A stretch of 64,000 bases of DNA from Squalus acanthias (lineage: Eukaryota): assembly GCA_030390025.1 (NCBI GenBank), contig CM059432.1, positions 24,740,001 to 24,804,000 on the forward strand, read 5' to 3'. The position numbers and the translations under genes are program-made. Below the pieces are notes generated by a model. The model was not told where the DNA came from and ran no database searches. It saw nothing but the letters and a program-made list of their open reading frames with translations. This document shows, in pieces, positions 11,339 to 22,489 of this stretch. The stretch's first letter is position 1. Every line of letters begins with the position of its first letter.

Positions 11339-13221
11339 CACTGAATGAATATTTTGTATCAGTCTTTACAGTAGAAGACACTAAGAATATCCCAACACTG
11401 GACAAACAGGGGGCTATAGGGGGAGAGGAGCTAAACACGATCAAAATCACTAAGGAAGTGGTACTCGGTAAAATAATGGGACTCAAGGCGGATAAATCAC
11501 CTGGACCTGATGGCTTACATCCTAGAGTCTTGAAGGAAGTGGCGGTAGGGATTGTAGATGCATTGGTAATAATTTTTCAAAACTCCCTGGATTCCGCTAA
11601 GGTCCCGGCAGACTGGAAAACTGCTAATGTAACACCCTTATTTAAAAAGGGCAGTAGACAGAAGGCTGGTAACTATAGACCGGTTAGCCTAACATCTGTG
11701 GTAGGTAAAATTTTGGAGTCCATTATTAAGGAAACAGTAACAGGACATTTGGATAATCATAATTTAATAGGACAAAGTCAGCATGGTTTTACGAAGGGGA
11801 AGTCATGTTTGACAAATTTGCTGGAGTTCTTTGAGGAAGTAACATATAGAGTGGATAAAGGGGAACCAGTGGACGTAGTGTATTTAGACTTCCAAAAGGC
11901 ATTTGACAAGGTGCCACACAAAAGATTATTGCTTAAGGTAAAAAATCACGGAATTGGGGGTAATATTCTGGCATGGATAGAGGATTGGCTATCTAACAGA
12001 AAGCAAAGAGTTGGGATAAATGGTTCATTCTCAGACTGGCAATCAGTAACTAGTGGTGTTCCACAGGGGTCAGTGCTGGGTCCCCAACTCTTCACAATCT
12101 ATATTAACGATTTGGAGGAAGGGACCAAGTGTAACATATCAAAATTTGCAGATGATACAAAGATGGGAGGGAAAGTAGTGAATGAGGAGGACATAAAAAA
12201 CCTGCAAGGGGACATAGACAGGCTAAGTAAGTGGGCAGAGATTTGGCAGATGGAATACAACACTGGAAAGTGTGAGGTGATGCACTTTGGCAGGAAAAAT
12301 CCTAGAGCAATTTATTATCTTAATGGCAAGAAACTGGAGAGTACTGAAGTGCAAAGGGATCTGGGGGTCCTGGTGCACGAAACTCAAAAGGTTAGTATGC
12401 AGGTGCAGCAAGTGATTAAGAAGGCAAATGGAATGTTGGCTTTCATTGCTAGGGGGATAGAATATAAAAATAGGGAGGTATTGCTTCAGTTGTACAAGGT
12501 ATTGGTGAGACCGCACCTGGAATACTGCATACAGTTTTGGTGTCCTTACTTAAGGAAAGACATCCTTGCTCTCGAGGCAGTGCAAAAAAGGTTCATTCGG
12601 TTAATCCCGGGGATGAGGGGGTGGTCATATGAGGAGAGGTTGGGTAGATTGGGACTCTACTCATTGGAGTTCAGAAGAATGAGAGGCGATCTTATTGAAA
12701 CATATAAGATTGTGAAGGGGTTGGATCGGGTGGATGCGGGGAGGATGTTCCCGATGACGGGTGAGACGAGAACTAGGGGACATAGTCTTAGAATAAGGGG
12801 CTGCTCTTTCAAAACTGAGATGAGGAGGAACTACTTCACTCAGAGGGTGGTAGGTCCATGGAATATGCTGCCACAAAAAGCTGTAGAAGCTACAACATTA
12901 ATTAAATTTAAAACAGAAATAGACAGTTTCCTAGAAGTAAAGGGCATTAAGGGTTACGGGGAGCGGGCAGGAATTTGGACATGAGTCTAGGTTCGGATCG
13001 GTCATGGCCCTGTGGGTAGTGGAGCGGGCCCAGGGACTGTGTAGCCTAATTCTGCTCCTATTTCGTGTGTGCAATTCTGTTAGATGCAGGAGATGGTTCT
13101 GTGATAGATAGTAGATTGGCGGTTAGGATCAGATCAGCCATGATCTTATTGAATGGCGGAGCAGGCTCGAGGGGCCGATTGGCCTACTCCTGCTCCTATT
13201 TCTTATGTTCTTATGTTCTTA
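11339..13221 (+). mobile_element. CR1 LINE, 5'-truncated, young
   Basis: Intact RT ORF, CR1 3' UTR and a (TTCTTATG)n tail. Confidence 0.95.
11341..12984 (+). CDS. CR1 ORF2 reverse-transcriptase domain and C-terminus (5'-truncated, no endonuclease)
   Basis: Uninterrupted frame with KSPGPDG, NYRPVSLTS, QHGF, YLDFQKAFDKV, GVPQGSVLGP, KFADD and RPHLEYC. The first ~22 codons of the track ORF (from 11275) come from the flanking MITE. Confidence 0.93.
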   Translation: MNEYFVSVFTVEDTKNIPTLDKQGAIGGEELNTIKITKEVVLGKIMGLKADKSPGPDGLHPRVLKEVAVGIVDALVIIFQNSLDSAKVPADWKTANVTPLFKKGSRQKAGNYRPVSLTSVVGKILESIIKETVTGHLDNHNLIGQSQHGFTKGKSCLTNLLEFFEEVTYRVDKGEPVDVVYLDFQKAFDKVPHKRLLLKVKNHGIGGNILAWIEDWLSNRKQRVGINGSFSDWQSVTSGVPQGSVLGPQLFTIYINDLEEGTKCNISKFADDTKMGGKVVNEEDIKNLQGDIDRLSKWAEIWQMEYNTGKCEVMHFGRKNPRAIYYLNGKKLESTEVQRDLGVLVHETQKVSMQVQQVIKKANGMLAFIARGIEYKNREVLLQLYKVLVRPHLEYCIQFWCPYLRKDILALEAVQKRFIRLIPGMRGWSYEERLGRLGLYSLEFRRMRGDLIETYKIVKGLDRVDAGRMFPMTGETRTRGHSLRIRGCSFKTEMRRNYFTQRVVGPWNMLPQKAVEATTLIKFKTEIDSFLEVKGIKGYGERAGIWT

Positions 13222-15153
13222 TAACTTTCACATAAGTGCTGTGAAAGTTATGAATACTATAGCCCCCCAAAAGAACCGCTAAACCTCAATTAAATTTTTA
13301 AAAAAAACCATCACATTAATAAAATAAGTATAGTTAAATAAATTAACCATTTTAAATAAAAAGTAAATTTTTGAAAAAATTTAAAATCTTTTAAAAAGTT
13401 ATAAAAATAAACTTACCTGTCTTTAAAGTCTCTAAAAAAGATATACCTGTTAAAAAAAATTCAAAATAATACTTAATTCACTACTTACCTTGTTAAAAGT
13501 GGGTCTTACTCCTCCTTTTTTTATGTCTAGAATCTTCCGTACTTACCTGCGCGTTGAAACCACTAAGTGCACAGCGTGCGTGCAGCCTGTAGCGCGCACG
13601 CGGTTCACCTAGGACCCGCCCCCTTTTCCATTCACCAAATGCCGGTTTACAGCGCATGCGCAGTGCATGCAGAAAACCGGCAATTGGAGACAGAATACGC
13701 GAGAGTACACAGTGCGTACTCTCGCGTAGTGGGACTAATTTTTGGGCCATTGTCTTATCTGAAAGACAACACCGGCAACAGTGCAGCACTCCCTCAGTAC
13801 TGCACTGAAGTGTCAACCTAAATTATGTGCTCAAGTCTCTGGCGTGTGGCTAGCTGCCACAACCTTGTGACTCAGAGGCAAGGGTGCTACCGCTGAGCCA
13901 CAGTTGACACTGAATCACAGTCGAGCCTCATTCGGTCCTTACCCAACATCCACACATACAATTTCCAGTAGAGGTCACTGGATACTAATCAGGAACAGGA
14001 GCCCGTGCTGATTATTTGCCCTCCCCTACTCCCTAGCCCAAGTATGCTGATTCCAATCCCACCACATCAACTGCTACCCCAGCTGAAATCAGATAACTTT
14101 ACCAGCTGAGTCATTGGGGGAATGCATCAACAGACTAATTGATTAACACATAAAAGGATGAGACCAACAAAGCTTACTGAGCCACTCGGGGCCAGCAGTG
14201 CGATGCCCCAACAACAAAATAAGTGAGTATGTTATTTAAATTTTCTAAATCATTGAGGAATCAATGTGAGACAGGTCACTGTGGCAACAGAACAAAAAGA
14301 AAGAAGCTAAAGAAAAGTGTGTTCATAATAAATTTTAGGTGCTGCATTATTCATGCTGATGCACAGGTAGCTGTTGAGCTGGTAGAATTAAGCAGAATTG
14401 ATCTTCTGCTTTTATGCTCAGACATATCAATACTATTTGTACTTCCACTCCTCAGACCAGATAAATTATTGATTAACTTCAAAAGAACATGTGTTTCAAT
14501 GTACAATGTGGCCCTGCTGATAGCTTGCAGTTGTAACCAAGTCCTTGAATTCTTCAAGTTCAAATTCCCTTTTGATCTTGAAAGATTTGATTTAACTCTG
14601 TAATTTCAGCTGCTATTGTGAGCCTAAGTAGATAAAGGTTCACAAAAAAAACAATTGCACAGTTTTTCAATGGCTCAATTGCTACTGCCTCATGTGGTAC
14701 TGAGCCCCATACATCAGGTAAACTCTCCCTCCTCATCTTTCTCAACTTGTCTGCAGTCTTTGACATGGTTGACCACTCCTTCCTCCTTCAATGCCTCACC
14801 ACCCTCGTTCAGCTGGGTGGGACTGCACTCACCTGGTTCCATTCTTATCTATCTAATTGTAGCCAGAGAATCACCTGCAACAGCTTCTCTTCCCGCTCCT
14901 GCACTGTTACCTCTGGTGTCCCCCAAGGATTTAGCCTTGGCCCCCTCCTATTTCTCATCTTCATGCTGCCCCTTGGCGACATCATCCGAAAACACAGCGT
15001 CAGTTTCCACATGTGCACTGACGACACCCAGCTCTACCTCACCACCACCTCTCTCGACCCCACCAGTCTCTAAATTCAGTCTGCTTGTCTGACATTCAGT
15101 ACTGGATGAGCAGAAATTTCCTCCAACTAAATATTAGGAAGACCGAAGCCATT

Positions 15154-15564
15154 GGGGTTGATTTTGCCAGGCCCGAGGAGGCAGGAATGGAGGTGTGTGG
15201 GGTGTTAAAATTGCAAAAAATGGCGGGCGGGCCCGACCCCGCCTCCAGCCCACCTCCGAGCAATTTTCCCAAATACGTGGTTTCTGATCCCGTCTCCGTC
15301 CCGCCTCCAAGAGGCGGGATAGGCCCTTAAGGCTCTTAACCACTTAATTGCCTCTATAATCCCATTTTGAGGGGCCTTTCTGATTTTAACACTTTTCCGA
15401 CGTGATGCACGCCTCCTCTGAAACACGACAGTGAAACCTGGCGGTAGCACACTTGAATTGCTGACTATCAGCTGCAGGTCCACCATTAAGAAGGTGATTT
15501 GATCAATCATCATTCTGGGGGAACTTTTAGCAGTCATAACCATTGTTGTGGAACTTTGGAGCCT

Positions 15565-15610
<46 letters not shown>

Positions 15611-15921
15611 CGGTGGTACAAAAAAATTCTGGAAACAGACTAAGGTCTCCTGCTGCTCATTTTGCCTCCAGGTCCCTCTCACAGCAAAGACCAAAAGCTT
15701 CCCAGTCTTTGCAGACCTTAAATGCAGCAGCAATGATGACATCATCAGAGGTGACTTTCAGACTGAAAAAACTAATTGGGTCACGGGTTCCCACATGCTG
15801 GAACTCAATTGCCCAATTAGGGGAAAATTGAATAATTCTCCCACATCCAATTGGAGTCGGGTGGCTAACAAGAAAAGCGGATGACACGACCCCAGCCCAC
15901 CCCAATGACAAAATCGAGCCC
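15154..15921. mobile_element. Harbinger-type MITE (768 bp)
   Basis: TIRs GGGGTTGATTTT / GGGCTCGATTTT and TSD ATT (15151-15153 / 15922-15924). Confidence 0.88.
15567..15608. repeat. (AGT)14 microsatellite inside the MITE
   Basis: Read directly from the sequence. Confidence 0.95.
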
Positions 15922-16099
15922 ATTGTCTTCGGTCTCCGCCACAAACTCCGTTCCCTAGCCACCGACTCCATCCCTTTCCCTGGCAACTATCTGAGGCTGA
16001 ACCAGATTGTACGCAACCTCGGTGTTGTATTTGTAACCTATTCCACATGGTGGGTGGGGCCTATATCACAAAATTTCAATCTGCCCCTGAATTATGGAT

Positions 16100-16900
16100 G
16101 CATATGTGCCTTTACATTGGGTGCAGCTGACCATAAAAGGGGAGTCCGTGCTGGCAGAAAAGTGGCATCCTTGTACACAATGACACAGTGGAGACATGTA
16201 AGGAATTATTATGCTGAAGCATTGCAGATCCTGTTGCAGCAGGTACACCAAAGGAGGGTGGCCTTATTTGGGGTGGAAGGCACAGATGCCAACTGCATGG
16301 AGGGAGGTCACCTCCCAAGATAATGTAGTCACCAACAGGAGTGACCAACATGCTGGTACCAGGACAAGGTGACAGTCAGTACAATTCCCACAAGGAGGTG
16401 CCAATTAATGCACTGTGCACAACCACTGTCCTTTGCACCCACTTGCCTCATGGAGCTTACTTCTTGAGGGTAAAGCTGGCAGCCAAGAAATGGCAAACAG
16501 ATGAAGAGGTGTCCAGGTCAAGGTAGTCCTCTGCTGTTAATGGACTTTTTAAGCTGGGTCAGCCATGGGTGCAGAGGATAGCCCTGTTCCCCTATGAGCT
16601 ATCCATCCAGTGTTTTTCTCCTTCACACAATGTGGGCACTATGAACTAGTGCACAATGAAGGCATCATGGCTGCTTCCTGGATAAAGACCACTGACATGC
16701 ATGATGAAGCTCCTGTTGTCAGATACCAGTTGAATATTAGTTGGGTATAAGACATTTCTTGTATGAAAAGCTCTGATACCCACGTGGGCTCCATGTGTGA
16801 CTCTTTTCACTCAAGGGAACCCTGTCAACTGGTGAAAGCTGTTCATCCTGTCCAGCTGTGGTCTCCTTTCCACAGGAATACTCGTTTGCAACTTTTTGTA
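16100..16900. pseudogene. Old Harbinger remnant: Myb/SANT-like fragment (+, ~16180-16380) facing a transposase fragment (-, ~16550-16900)
   Basis: Plus strand gives EALQILLQQVHQRRVALFG. Minus strand gives YPGSSHDAFI and GEQGYPLHPWL, which are Harbinger/HARBI1-type DDE motifs. Confidence 0.72.
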
Positions 16901-17010
16901 AGGTGTGTCTTCAAAGGCAGCAGCAACCAAGCATAAAAATTTAAGAAAAGTCATAGGAACATTGGAATCGCTAGACGAAGAAAGACCAAGGCCCATCTAG
17001 TTCACCTTCT

Positions 17011-17170
17011 GTTCCATTTCCTGCTTTTTTCCAGTTCTGACGAAAGGTCATCGAACTGAAACGTTAACTCTGTTTCTCTCTTCACAGATGCTGCCTGACC
17101 TGCTGAGTATCTCCAGCATTTTCTGTTTTTACTTCAGATTTCCAGCATCTGCAGTATTTTCTTTTTGTTG
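17011..17170 (+). mobile_element. 160-bp Penelope-type non-autonomous retro-insert carrying a hammerhead motif
   Basis: Flanked by the exact 13-bp direct repeat TAGTTCACCTTCT (16998-17010 / 17171-17183). Related copies at 4870 and 62867. Confidence 0.8.
17033..17069 (+). ncRNA. Minimal type-I hammerhead ribozyme motif
   Basis: AGUU-CUGACGA-A-AGGUC-AUC-GAACU-GAAA-CG-UU-AACU: stem I AGUU/AACU, stem II with one mismatch and a palindromic AACGUU stem III region. Confidence 0.72.
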
Positions 17171-17929
17171 TAGTTCACCTTCTACTTTCCTGGTAACTGC
17201 ACGATACAATGATAATGGAGTTGTTGACTAATTATAGCAATCAGTCTCCATCAATTATTCTACAGCAGGCCCAGCCATGACGCGAGGAAAACCCGAGTGG
17301 TGGAAAGCTTTGGGAACCATAGGTCCAAAGTGACCTGTTCCTTCTAAGCATGCTACACTCACCACATGTCATATCTCAAATTACTCACCTATGGTATCCC
17401 AAAATGTTATTTAGCAGGGGAAAAAAATGCAAAAATTGGAGGAGTACCCTGCAAAATTAATCAATGCATGTAACAAAATGCAGCTAAGGAAATAGGGAAA
17501 TGCATAACCTTTGCCCTTTAAGAGGCCCACTTGAGTAGATGAGGTCTCCACGACTCTGATGTGCTCAATGCTTATGGGCGAGGCTCGTGCTGTGGGTGTA
17601 GCCTCACGCAAACTCGTAAAATTCTGTGGGAGGCCTGAATGGCCTAATTTAAGTATCATGAGGCCCATGCATATTGGTTGCACAGCCTCTCTAAACCACT
17701 CAAAATGGCACCTTATAAAATTAAGCAAATTGGGCACACAAGGTTGCTCACCTGATTTTACAAACTGCAGTCACTGCACACAAGGCCTAACAAAATCAGG
17801 GCTCGTAGTTTTAAACTAAGCTTCTCGGTCTCTGGCAGCTTTATGAGGAGATCTGTCAGATCATCAGATTTCTGCAGTTTTCCATATTTGTTGGCTTACT
17901 AGAATGTTTTTTTTTTTCTATTGCTCTAC

Positions 17930-18215
17930 AGCAAGGGGACATAATCTTAAAATTAGAACCAGGCCATTCAGGAGTGAAATCAGGAAGCATTTTTTCTCAC
18001 AAAGGGTAGTTAAAATCTGTCATTCTCTCCCCCAAAAGATTGTGGATGCTGGGACAATTGAAAATTTCAAGACTGAGATGGATAGATTTTTGTTAGTTGA
18101 TGGCATCAATGGATATGAGCAAAGGTGGGTAAATGGGGTTGCAGTCAGGTCAGCCATAATCTAATTGAACAGGCTTGAGGGGCTGAATGGCCTACTCCTG
18201 TTTCTATGTTCCTAT
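17930..18215 (+). mobile_element. CR1 LINE 3' fragment
   Basis: RGHNLKI...RKHFFSQRVV motif followed by the GGCCTACTCCTGTTTCTATG tail. Confidence 0.88.
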
Positions 18216-18689
18216 GCAATAAAAAATGTATTTTGCAAAGATAACAATTTTCCTTTGTGTAGCTGACACTGTCTTTCAGAAGTTAGAATGGTTCCGAGGA
18301 ACATAACTTCTGCAGGGTATCCACAGGAATATGCCAATACTTACAAGAATGTCACAGAAATATGTCAATGTTTGTAGGAGGTCTCGGGTAATGTATTACT
18401 ATCTATATCAATATCTACCTGGAATACACTGCATGAAAACAGATTCAAAAGGAAAAAATATGGGACTAATTGGATTGCTCTTTCAAAAATAGGCCGAATG
18501 GTCTTCTTCTGTGTTGTATGATTCTATGATTATATGATAGTGGTTGTTCGATAGTCCCCAGAAATATGCAAATATTTGCAAAGTTCTCTGGAAGTGTGCC
18601 AATATTTGGAGGGGTTTCCCAGAAGTGAAGAGTTGTGTGATGACATAGATTTTGCAGGATGGAGGGGTGGAGACTGTTGAAAGGAAGCC

Positions 18690-18900
18690 AATGACCATGT
18701 TAGCATGCAGCAGATTGAGGAGAAGTGAGGAGCTTGGTCAAAATGGGATCGAGGGCGCAGGAGGTGGGTAGGGGGTTAGAGTGATCTCCGATACTGAACG
18801 CTGTGGAGAGGTGATATGAAGGGGAAAAAGGGAAGAGAAGCTGCAGGTTGTATTGGGGATCAGGGTAGGAGAATGTGGGGGTGCTGAGGCAGCCAAGCAG
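18690..18900 (-). mobile_element. L2 LINE fragment
   Basis: PTSCALDPILTKLL, the same L2 motif as at ~6420-6470. Confidence 0.6.
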
Positions 18901-18933
18901 ATAGTCTCGATCTTCATGATGCAAAAAATCCAG

Positions 18934-19056
18934 TGCTGGGAATTTCCTCGGGGCTTTTCCCACTGTAACTTCGACAGTGGCCCTGAAAGTGGGCTTTCCG
19001 CCACACTTCTGCTGAAGCTACGGCAGCAGAATGGGAGAGGCCCCAGGAAATTCCCA
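18934..19056. mobile_element. Short palindromic MITE
   Basis: GGGAATTTCCT / AGGAAATTCCC inverted ends. Internal sequence similar to 21763-21918. Confidence 0.55.
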
Positions 19057-19879
19057 TTCAGGAGTTGCTCACAGTTCATGCCGGAGGTAAGCTTATGTGG
19101 GCCAAATGTACTTTTCCCATCCTTGGCTCTTCCTACATAACAATCGCTGCACTCCAAAGGTGATTAATTGTGTGAAGCATTTTATGGTGCTATATGCAAG
19201 TCTTTCTTTCTCTGTAATTCCACGTATTTTTATTTCTTAATGTTATTAAGTAAGTCTGGTTCACTTACATCTACAAGCACTAATCCTACTGGTTCTGCCT
19301 TTGCTTGTGTATCTCAGAAATAGGACAAAATGAGCTAACGTTGGCCTTCCCTCCTTTTCTAAAATTGTCAGACATCTACATGAAGGATGGAAATTTACAG
19401 CGAGAGATATATATATTCCTGATAGATCATGATGTGCCCCATCTGTGTTGTGAATCATCCTCCCACCATCACCCCAAACACACTATAATTCTAATATAAT
19501 TTTACAGTGTTCCTGTTGTGATCAAGTCTGGCAAAACCTGTCACTGTCTCCTAGGACAAGCATCTGTTGATAAGTGATATCAGCCTTTGCAGTCTGCAAC
19601 GTTGTAATTCTTCCCAATAAATGAGCGGTTCGGAGATACTCGGAAAATTATGAAATTGCACAAAGTCCTCTGGAATGATCTGATTGTTAGGCAAAAGTTC
19701 ACAGGGTGGCTTGTCATGAATCATGTTTATTTTTATGTAAAACAGCAATGGACAGGATTATGATGATCGCCATATGTTAACTGACACCATTCTAGCACCT
19801 GGTTACTTTTTACAATAACATTCTCTCTCATCTCGTGAAAGCACTGACACATGTCGGGATACAAGGTAGACAAAGAGCA

Positions 19880-20705
19880 GATACAACAACAACAACCTGT
19901 ATTTATATAGCGCCTTTAATGTAGTAAAAAGTCCCAAGGCGCTGCACAGGAGTACTGTAGACAAAATATTTGACACCGAGCAGCATAAGGATAAATTAGG
20001 GCAGGTGACCAAAAGCTTGGTCAAAGAGGTAGGTTTTAAGGAGCGTCCTAAAGGAGGAAAGAGAGGTAGCAAGGCAGTGACGTTTAGGCAGGGAATTCCA
20101 GAGCTTAGGACCTAGGCAACAGAAGTCACAGCCACCAAAGGTTGAGCGATTATAATCAGGGATGCTCAAGAGGGTAGAATTAGAGGAGTGCAGATATCTC
20201 GGGAGGGGGGTGGGGAGGGGGGTGGGGGGGGTGGTTGTGGAGCTGGAGAAGATTACAGAGATAGGAAGGGGGCGAGGCCATGGAGGGATTTGAAAACAAG
20301 GATGAGAATTTTGAAATCGAGTCGCTGCTTAACCGGGAGCCAATGTAGGTCAGCGAGCACAGGGGTGATGGTTGAACGGGACTTGGTGCGAGTTAGGACA
20401 CGGGCAGCCGAGTTTTACGTAGGTGGTATGTGGGAGGCCAGCCAGGAGTGCGTTGGAATAGTCAAGTCTAGCGGTAACAAAGGCATGGATGAGGGTTTCA
20501 GCAGCGGATGAGCTGAGGCAGGGGCGGAGACTGGCGATGTTACAAAGGTGGAAGTAGGCAGTCTTTGTTATGCCGCGGATATGTGGTCGGAAGCTCATTT
20601 CAGGGTCAACTATGACACCAAGGTTGCGAACAGTGTGGTTCAGCCTCAGACAGATGTTAGGGAGAGGGATGGAGTCAGTGGCTAGGGAACGGAGTTTGTG
20701 ACGGG
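19880..20705 (-). mobile_element. L2 LINE 3' end
   Basis: AETLIHAFVTARLDYSNALL on the minus strand, with tail AAAGGCGCTATATAAATACAGGTTGTTGTTG. Confidence 0.92.
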
Positions 20706-20778
20706 GAATTATATACCTTGCTCAACATGACTATTCTTCATGTGGTAGTCTGGACAGTGAGGAGTATCAATTCATCAT

Positions 20779-20927
20779 GGGCGGTAGTGCAAAACGAGCG
20801 ACAGCGAATCGGCAGCCGATTTTGCCCGCTGCCCGATTTATCTTTTTCACCGACTTCAATGGACGAGAAAATTGACAGAGATGTAAAACTGGCTGCCGAT
20901 CGCTATTGTTCATTTTGCACTCCGCCC
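20779..20927. mobile_element. Palindromic MITE-like element
   Basis: Nested inverted arms: GGGCGGTAGTGCAAAA...TTTTGCACTCCGCCC and ATCGGCAGCC...GGCTGCCGAT. Confidence 0.6.
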
Positions 20928-21762
20928 AAGTCGAAATCATACTCATAAGTATTGGCCAGTTCTTTGACTATTGAAACGTCACATCAAAGATTGATTCTGC
21001 CCTCGCCTCAAATCCTTGAACGTGCACTTTCCATCAAGGATCACTGGACAACAGTCAGAAGTGGGCATTTTGCCTCTCCTAGGAGTTAGCATTATTAATA
21101 GTTGGGGAAGGTGGTGCATGAGGCTCCACCATCCAATGGCTAGTTGAGCATTGAATGACCTTGTGCTCATTTCTTGCCCTTTTTTTTGTATGCTTATATT
21201 TTGCCCCTCCCTAATCCACTGAGGCCACCAGTAGTGTGCCTATCGCCACTCCAGGAGAGATCGGGTAATTTGACATTAACCAGGAATTGAACCCAGGATC
21301 TTCTGCCTCTATATAGCTCAATTTCACACCGGGCGGTATCGTCACCAACTTAACTACCAAGGGATCAAGCAGGAACAGATCTTTAAGGGCATTACCTTTT
21401 GATAATTTGATTATTTGTTCAATTAATCAACTTGTTATCATTTGTGCACTGATAATTTATTTCTGGTTTGCATCAGAATTTCACCCATATGAGTTTATAA
21501 AGATGGAGGCAAACACTATTAGCACCTGACCATTAAATTTAATGTTTGTTCCCAGTTTCTGGTTCAACCATTTTTCATGGCTGATTCCTATTTTCACAAA
21601 TTTGTCACATTTCGGATGAAATCCTGGGGGGCCAGAAATGATTATTTGTTTTTCCATATAACTTGACAGCATTCGATATATTTCCATTGGATAAAACTTT
21701 TAGCAATCTAAATCTTAAGAATGTAAGAAAAAATACAGAAAGCGAAAAGGTCAATTAAACTT

Positions 21763-21918
21763 AGACAAGAATTTCCTCAGAGCTGCTCCCCCGCTCCGCT
21801 GTTGTAACTTCGCCGGAAGTGCGGCGGAAACCCCGTTTGCACGTAAACGGGATCCCCACCGCACTTCTGGCCAAGTTACTGCTGCGAGGCAGAAGCAGCT
21901 CCAAGGAAATTCTTGGCC
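21763..21918. mobile_element. Short Harbinger-type MITE (156 bp)
   Basis: TIRs (A/G)G(A/C)CAAGAATTTCCT. Internally palindromic. Confidence 0.7.
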
Positions 21919-22305
21919 TTTGTCATGGATTGTAGCCCACCTTTTATTTTGTTGAAAAGTTAAGTGAAGGACCAAGGTGTGTAGTGTGGGACATCACCAA
22001 GAGTGAAGAGTTAAAAAAATGAATAAAATTAAGTAATGCATAAGTGGTGCGAAGCGTGGGTTTTAGGAGGACCGTTAAGGGAGGTAATTTCTCCCTGATC
22101 CCCAAAGAAAATGAAGCCAAATATTGATCCTTCCTTATGCTTTCCACAGATGATGTTTTTTTTGGTTCAAGCAGCACGGGGACTTTCATTTCTTGTTTCA
22201 TTATTTCTACTTACTCCAACAATTGTCAGCCTTGTTCATAACCAAAAATTTACCCAGTGTTTTATTTTTGAAGTAGCGTAAAAATGGTCCAGCAAAACAA
22301 ACTAA

Positions 22306-22489
22306 AGAGGCAGGACACGCGACCAGAGGCAGGACACGCGACCAGAGGCAGGACACGCGACCAGAGGCAGGACACGCGACCAGAGGCAAGACACGCGACC
22401 AGAGGCAGGACACGCGACCAGAGGCAGGACACGCGACCAGAGGCAGGACACGCGACCAGAGGCAGGACACGCGACCAGAGGCAGGACAC
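22306..22489. repeat. Minisatellite, 19-bp unit AGAGGCAGGACACGCGACC x ~9.7
   Basis: Head-to-tail units with a single G>A variant and no spacers. Confidence 0.97.

Larger units (their letters stand above)
11123..13748. mobile_element. Harbinger-type MITE (~745 bp) interrupted by a CR1
   Basis: Perfect 12-bp TIR GGCCCAAAAATT with flanks AAT/ATT. 11123-11338 plus 13222-13748 align with the uninterrupted copy at 50929-51672. Confidence 0.9.
10822..13912 (-). mobile_element. Deu-SINE (SacSINE1-like) split by a MITE that itself contains a CR1
   Basis: The tail at ~10822-11122 and the head at 13749-13912 (CTGAGCCACAGTTGACAC) rejoin as ...GATTTAAT|GTCTTATCTGAAAGAC.... Confidence 0.85.
14715..16040 (+). 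mobile_element. L2 LINE RT fragment split by a MITE
   Basis: SAVFDMVDH, SGVPQG and CTDDTQLY motifs. KTEAI|VFG rejoins across 15154-15921. Confidence 0.88.

Noticed and set aside
11275..11340. N-terminus of the 569-aa ORF as a real fusion protein
   Set aside because: It starts at a non-ATG codon in MITE sequence that happens to be in frame with the truncated CR1 ORF2. There is no evidence of expression.
15205..15831. Poly-Tyr, poly-Val and poly-Leu ORFs
   Set aside because: These are translations of the (AGT)n microsatellite within a MITE.
22306..22489. CRISPR-like array or repetitive Cys-rich ORFs
   Set aside because: Units are contiguous with no spacers, there are no cas genes and the context is eukaryotic. 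The ORFs are by-products of the repeat.
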